NCBI GenBank assembly: GCA_905178155.1
Contig: CAJINV010000001.1
Span: 8,631,642 to 8,695,641 of the forward strand
Direction of reading: 5' to 3'
Length of the DNA stretch: 64,000 nucleotides
From: Amoebophrya sp. A120
Lineage: Eukaryota > Protista > Dinoflagellata
Program-made: the position numbers and the translations under genes
The notes under the pieces: generated by a model
What the model saw: only the letters and a program-made list of their open reading frames with translations
Databases searched by the model: none
What the model was told of the DNA's origin: nothing
Shown: piece after piece, positions 60,540-64,000 of the stretch
How positions within the stretch are numbered: position 1 is the first letter of the stretch
How the letters are laid out: each line of letters starts with the position of its first letter

Positions 60540-63514
60540 ATGCAAAGATTTCAGGAACCGGCACGCGGCGCGGCCCTGGCGCACTGGAGAGTCGTCTCTC
60601 GTCTCCTTGCGCATTTTTTGTTTTGTCTACTTGCTGGTGGTAGGCTCTCAAGCTTACTCGAGGATGCAGAGCAATTAGTCGCTTTGCAGGAGGGTGCATT
60701 CCGAGGCACAAGTATCACTGCAGTCTCGAATAGCGGAGGCAGGAGCGTGACACGCAGCGAAAAGAACGAACACGGCACTGGTGGAAACGACACAGGCAAC
60801 AGCACAGGAAACAATACAGGCAACAGCACAGGAAACAATACAGGCAACAGCACAGGAAACAATACAGGCAACAGCACAGGAAACAATACAGGCAACAGCA
60901 CAGGAAACAATACAGGCAACAGCACAGGAAACAATACAGGCAACAGCACAGGAAACAATACCGGGAACACTTCTACAGGATCAGGAAATAGTACAGGAAA
61001 TAGTACAGGAAACAGCACAGGAAACCTTTCTGAGGGAAACGCTACGGGAAACCTCTCTGAGGGAAATGCTACAACAGGAAACCTTCCCGAGGCACTCCGC
61101 GCAGGAAACCTTTCTGAGGCACTCCGCGCAGGAAACCTTTCCGAGGCACTCGGCGCAGGAAACCTTTCTGAGGCACTCCGCGCAGCAGGAAACCTCTCCG
61201 AGGGGATCGGAGGTGGAGACCTGACTACAGATGATCTGGACGAGATAAGTGCGCGCATGCTGGCGGCCGGTGGCGTTGAAGAATCCCCAACTACAATGAA
61301 AAGGGCCTCCGAGCTCGCAGAACCGCACAAGGTCGAGAAGGTCGTGGGTGCCTTGGCGATCGGGCTGTCTACAAGTTTAACGGACGCGGAGCTCATGGCG
61401 TCAGCAGACATTAAGAGCGCACTGCAAGCCGCGGTCGCAACTGGCTCCGGATTTTCCCTGGAAGACGTGACAATAGACTCGATAAGCGCGTCGACACCTT
61501 CTGCTGCGGCGGCAGCCTTTCTAGCGTCACCTGGTTTATCGTTGCGACAGGTACAGCTTCCTGACGATTCGGCAGCTTACGACCAAGTTCCGAGATTGCG
61601 GTTTGAGAATAGCAGGCTCAGGTTCCAAGAACAAGAAAGAGATTCAAGAAGGAGAAAAGCTGCTGTGATCAACAGCGGCCCCGTAAGCAGAGTAGCACCA
61701 GATCATAGAGAAGCCGATGGCGAAGCGTTTTCTCGCCCGAGTAGGGCAGGTAGCAGAGGTACGACCAAGCCAGATGCGTTAGCAAGAGGGACGCCGCCGC
61801 GCCTGGGCGAAGCGATATTGATCGCGGGAACCGGCGAGATTGTCGGAGACACCGTGGCAAATAAGAATGATAATCAGAATCGCGCGCAGCGAGGACGAGG
61901 CGCAGCAACAGCGTTGGATCCCATGCAGTCTCGCAACTGGTTGCCGTCATCCTCATCTTCGGTTGCCGAAAGCGATAGAGTCCAGATGAGTAGCAAGATG
62001 CCTAGGAGCTCGACCAAGAAGACAGCGAAGGCTCTGTCGGTGCAGTACACGATTGCCGTCAACAACATTGACGATAGCCAGGCGTCAGCAGCGCTCGCGA
62101 ATATGACCAACAACGTGGGTGCCTACTCCGCGAGCGTAGCCGGTGCCGTGCAGTCCAACTTGCAGGCCAAGGGCCTGAACGTGACAAGTACCGCCGTACC
62201 AGAGCCGCAGGTAGAAGAGGTAGTCGTCGTCCCGTCTGTCGAAGAGACGGCACTGCAGGTGGAAGACCTCTGCATGACCGCAGGGTTCGAAGTGAGTCTC
62301 GTCCTGGACGATGCAAACGACACCCTGGAAGACTGCATTGGATACGGATCAGCGCTCGGAAACCCCGTGGGATACGCTATCTTGGAAAAGTACGACGCGC
62401 TAGCAGGGGAGCAAGCCGCGCTCGTGGGGACGAACTTCACCGATTCGCTGACTGTATTTTAATTTTCTCAGGATGTTTTGCATTTTTGTTCTGCAGCTTC
62501 AAAATCAGCAGGGAATTGTACAGATGAAACACAGCATGTTGTTTGAAGGAACTCCTTGGAAGATGTTGAAGATGTGTCTTTACGCAAACGCAAATCAGAC
62601 CAACCTGACACTTGCGGTCGTGCCGCTCCCTGGTGAGGCATCGCAGCAGAGCACCTCGAGTTCCCTCTTGGAAGAGGCCGCAGCGGCATCCTCCAGCAGT
62701 TTCACGCAGCTCACAACGCGCGTGATGCGACGCGAATCTGCTGATGGCACGACAACTGCTGGACCAGCGGCACTTTTGGTACTTATAAATGCAGCCTCTC
62801 TTTTCAAAAGAGACTTTTGGTCTTGCAGTTCGGTTGCTTGCTAGTAAAATGGAACTCCCCGAGGATAGTGATCAACGTCAGCCTCTTGTCGCACCAACTG
62901 CATAGGTAAACTACACATTGAAGTGGTCCGAGGCGAACGCGCAAAGCAACCCTGGCTTGGCGACAATTCTGATGGCGTTCACGCAAGACCCGGCTTTTTC
63001 GGAGGCGCTGGGAGAGAAGATCCTGACGGTGGTCGACGACGCCGACCTGCCGCTCGCTGCGGTGGACTTTCAGTTCCTTGGCGCGTCCACAGGAACGGAA
63101 GTGAAGGCCACGGATTCGCGAGGCCCCGAGATGCCAGAAGACGCCGACGAGATAGATTCTGACACCGAGGAGGAGGACGGGCAAGCAAATAGGCCAGACC
63201 TGCAAATCGGCTACGCGGTATCAATTTATGTTCTTCACTTGCCAGAAACTGTATCCATCATGCACTGCTGCACTAGGAGTTGGAGTTACCACATTATGCA
63301 TTTTTGCGTGCGCACTCGCTGTTGTGATATTAGTACGACTGTTGCATTAACTTTTTGACGGTTACGGTCGTGATACACCAACAAACAGGCGCGTTCGGAG
63401 AGTACCGAGCGGAATCTGGTTGCCGCGGGGTTGTTTGTGGCTCTACTGCTTGTGCTCTGCTCTTGGACCCGGAGCTGCTCCAGCGACACCGATCCGAAAG
63501 GGGAGTTGATGTGA
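60540..63514 (+). CDS. Putative type I membrane/surface glycoprotein with Asn-rich repeats (four exons)
   Basis: Hydrophobic N-terminal segment LLAHFLFCLLAGG, GNST/GNNT repeats, GT-AG introns at ~62454-62496, ~62779-62906 and 63218-63388. The last exon encodes TM-like LVAAGLFVALLLVLCSW before TGA 63512-63514. Confidence 0.6.
60792..60959 (+). repeat. Perfect coding tandem repeat, 7 x 24 bp (TGNSTGNN)
   Basis: Unit ACAGGCAACAGCACAGGAAACAAT repeated seven times. Confidence 0.95.
61017..61203 (+). repeat. Degenerate coding tandem repeat of about 24-30 bp (GNLSE-GNAT / GNLSEALRA)
   Basis: Recurrent GGAAACCTYYCYGAGG core; unit GCAGGAAACCTTTCTGAGGCACTCCGC. Confidence 0.85.
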
Positions 63515-64000
63515 AAAAAATGAGGTTGGTTGGTCAGTTGTAATACAAAATGTCAAATTGAATTTGAAGTACTTCGAAAATCCCCACTTGTACAATTATG
63601 TCAGTTAGTACCCCACGCTACATGTTAGAAGAAGAAGAAAGATTCCAAAAGAACGAGTCTGACCCGTCTGACACCCTTGTATGATGGTCTACGACGAGTA
63701 GACGAGCCCCCGCCGAAATGTACACTTGTCTGGAAAGATGTTGAGATGAATTTCCGATTCTGACACAGCAAGATCTCATGCATTCTCTGCTACAGTGTTC
63801 GCTGCATGGCCGGTTACCTTCTCATATCATTATCGCGATTACAATCTTGCGATTCATTCTGACGATTCGGTTTCTGTCGGCGTTTGGTGTGGGCACTCTG
63901 TACAGATGGGATGCTCATGTATGTTCGTTTTTGACACTACGCGAATCGCATGCAGAACCATAAGATAAAGGGGCTTGATAGTTCTCGGCAGGAATAACTG

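Noticed and set aside
60792-60959. Regular repeat array as a possible CRISPR
   Set aside because: Head-to-tail identical units with no unique spacers, in frame within a eukaryotic CDS, and no cas genes.
2769-61411. Many long minus-strand ORFs (for example 2769-3455, 6020-7000, 51235-52125, 57307-58329, 60551-61411)
   Set aside because: They are antisense shadows of GC-rich + strand genes and show no domain motifs.
63219-63375. TATCA...TGATA inside the last intron as a decayed introner
   Set aside because: Only 5 bp of inverted match and no TSD; an ordinary GT-AG intron explains it.
1-64000. Dinoflagellate spliced-leader relics, tRNA/rRNA genes, or an autonomous transposase for the introners
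   Set aside because: No convincing CCGTAGCCATTTTGGCTCAAG match, cloverleaf or DDE-transposase ORF was seen by eye; a computational search could still find divergent ones.

Overview
Gene-dense eukaryotic DNA with about 18 mostly intron-containing protein-coding genes, all on the + strand. The unidirectional gene array, GC-AG introns and non-canonical repeat-bounded introns suggest a dinoflagellate-lineage genome, most like the parasite Amoebophrya (Syndiniales); this is an inference. Recognisable products: a GT34-like glycosyltransferase, a degenerate FHA + RING protein, SART3/Prp24, two LIM proteins, an RIIa/Dpy-30-like small protein, CFAP69, a RING-H2/ZZ E3 ligase, an SF2 helicase with an HA-like domain, a CCCH/OCRE/J-domain protein and a glycosylation-repeat membrane protein. 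The main signal is seven 109-300 bp MITE-like elements inside genes. All start TAT and end ATA, have 16-32 bp terminal inverted repeats, and are flanked by 5-bp target-site duplications (six perfect, one degenerate). Removing an element plus one duplication restores the reading frame (clearly in six cases), usually with no GT-AG register available, so they look like transposon-derived non-canonical introns (introners). Elements with different TIRs share an internal YTGTMATGC motif, mostly in the sense orientation, which is a candidate cis-signal for their splicing or mobilisation. All exon structures were read by eye and need RNA confirmation.
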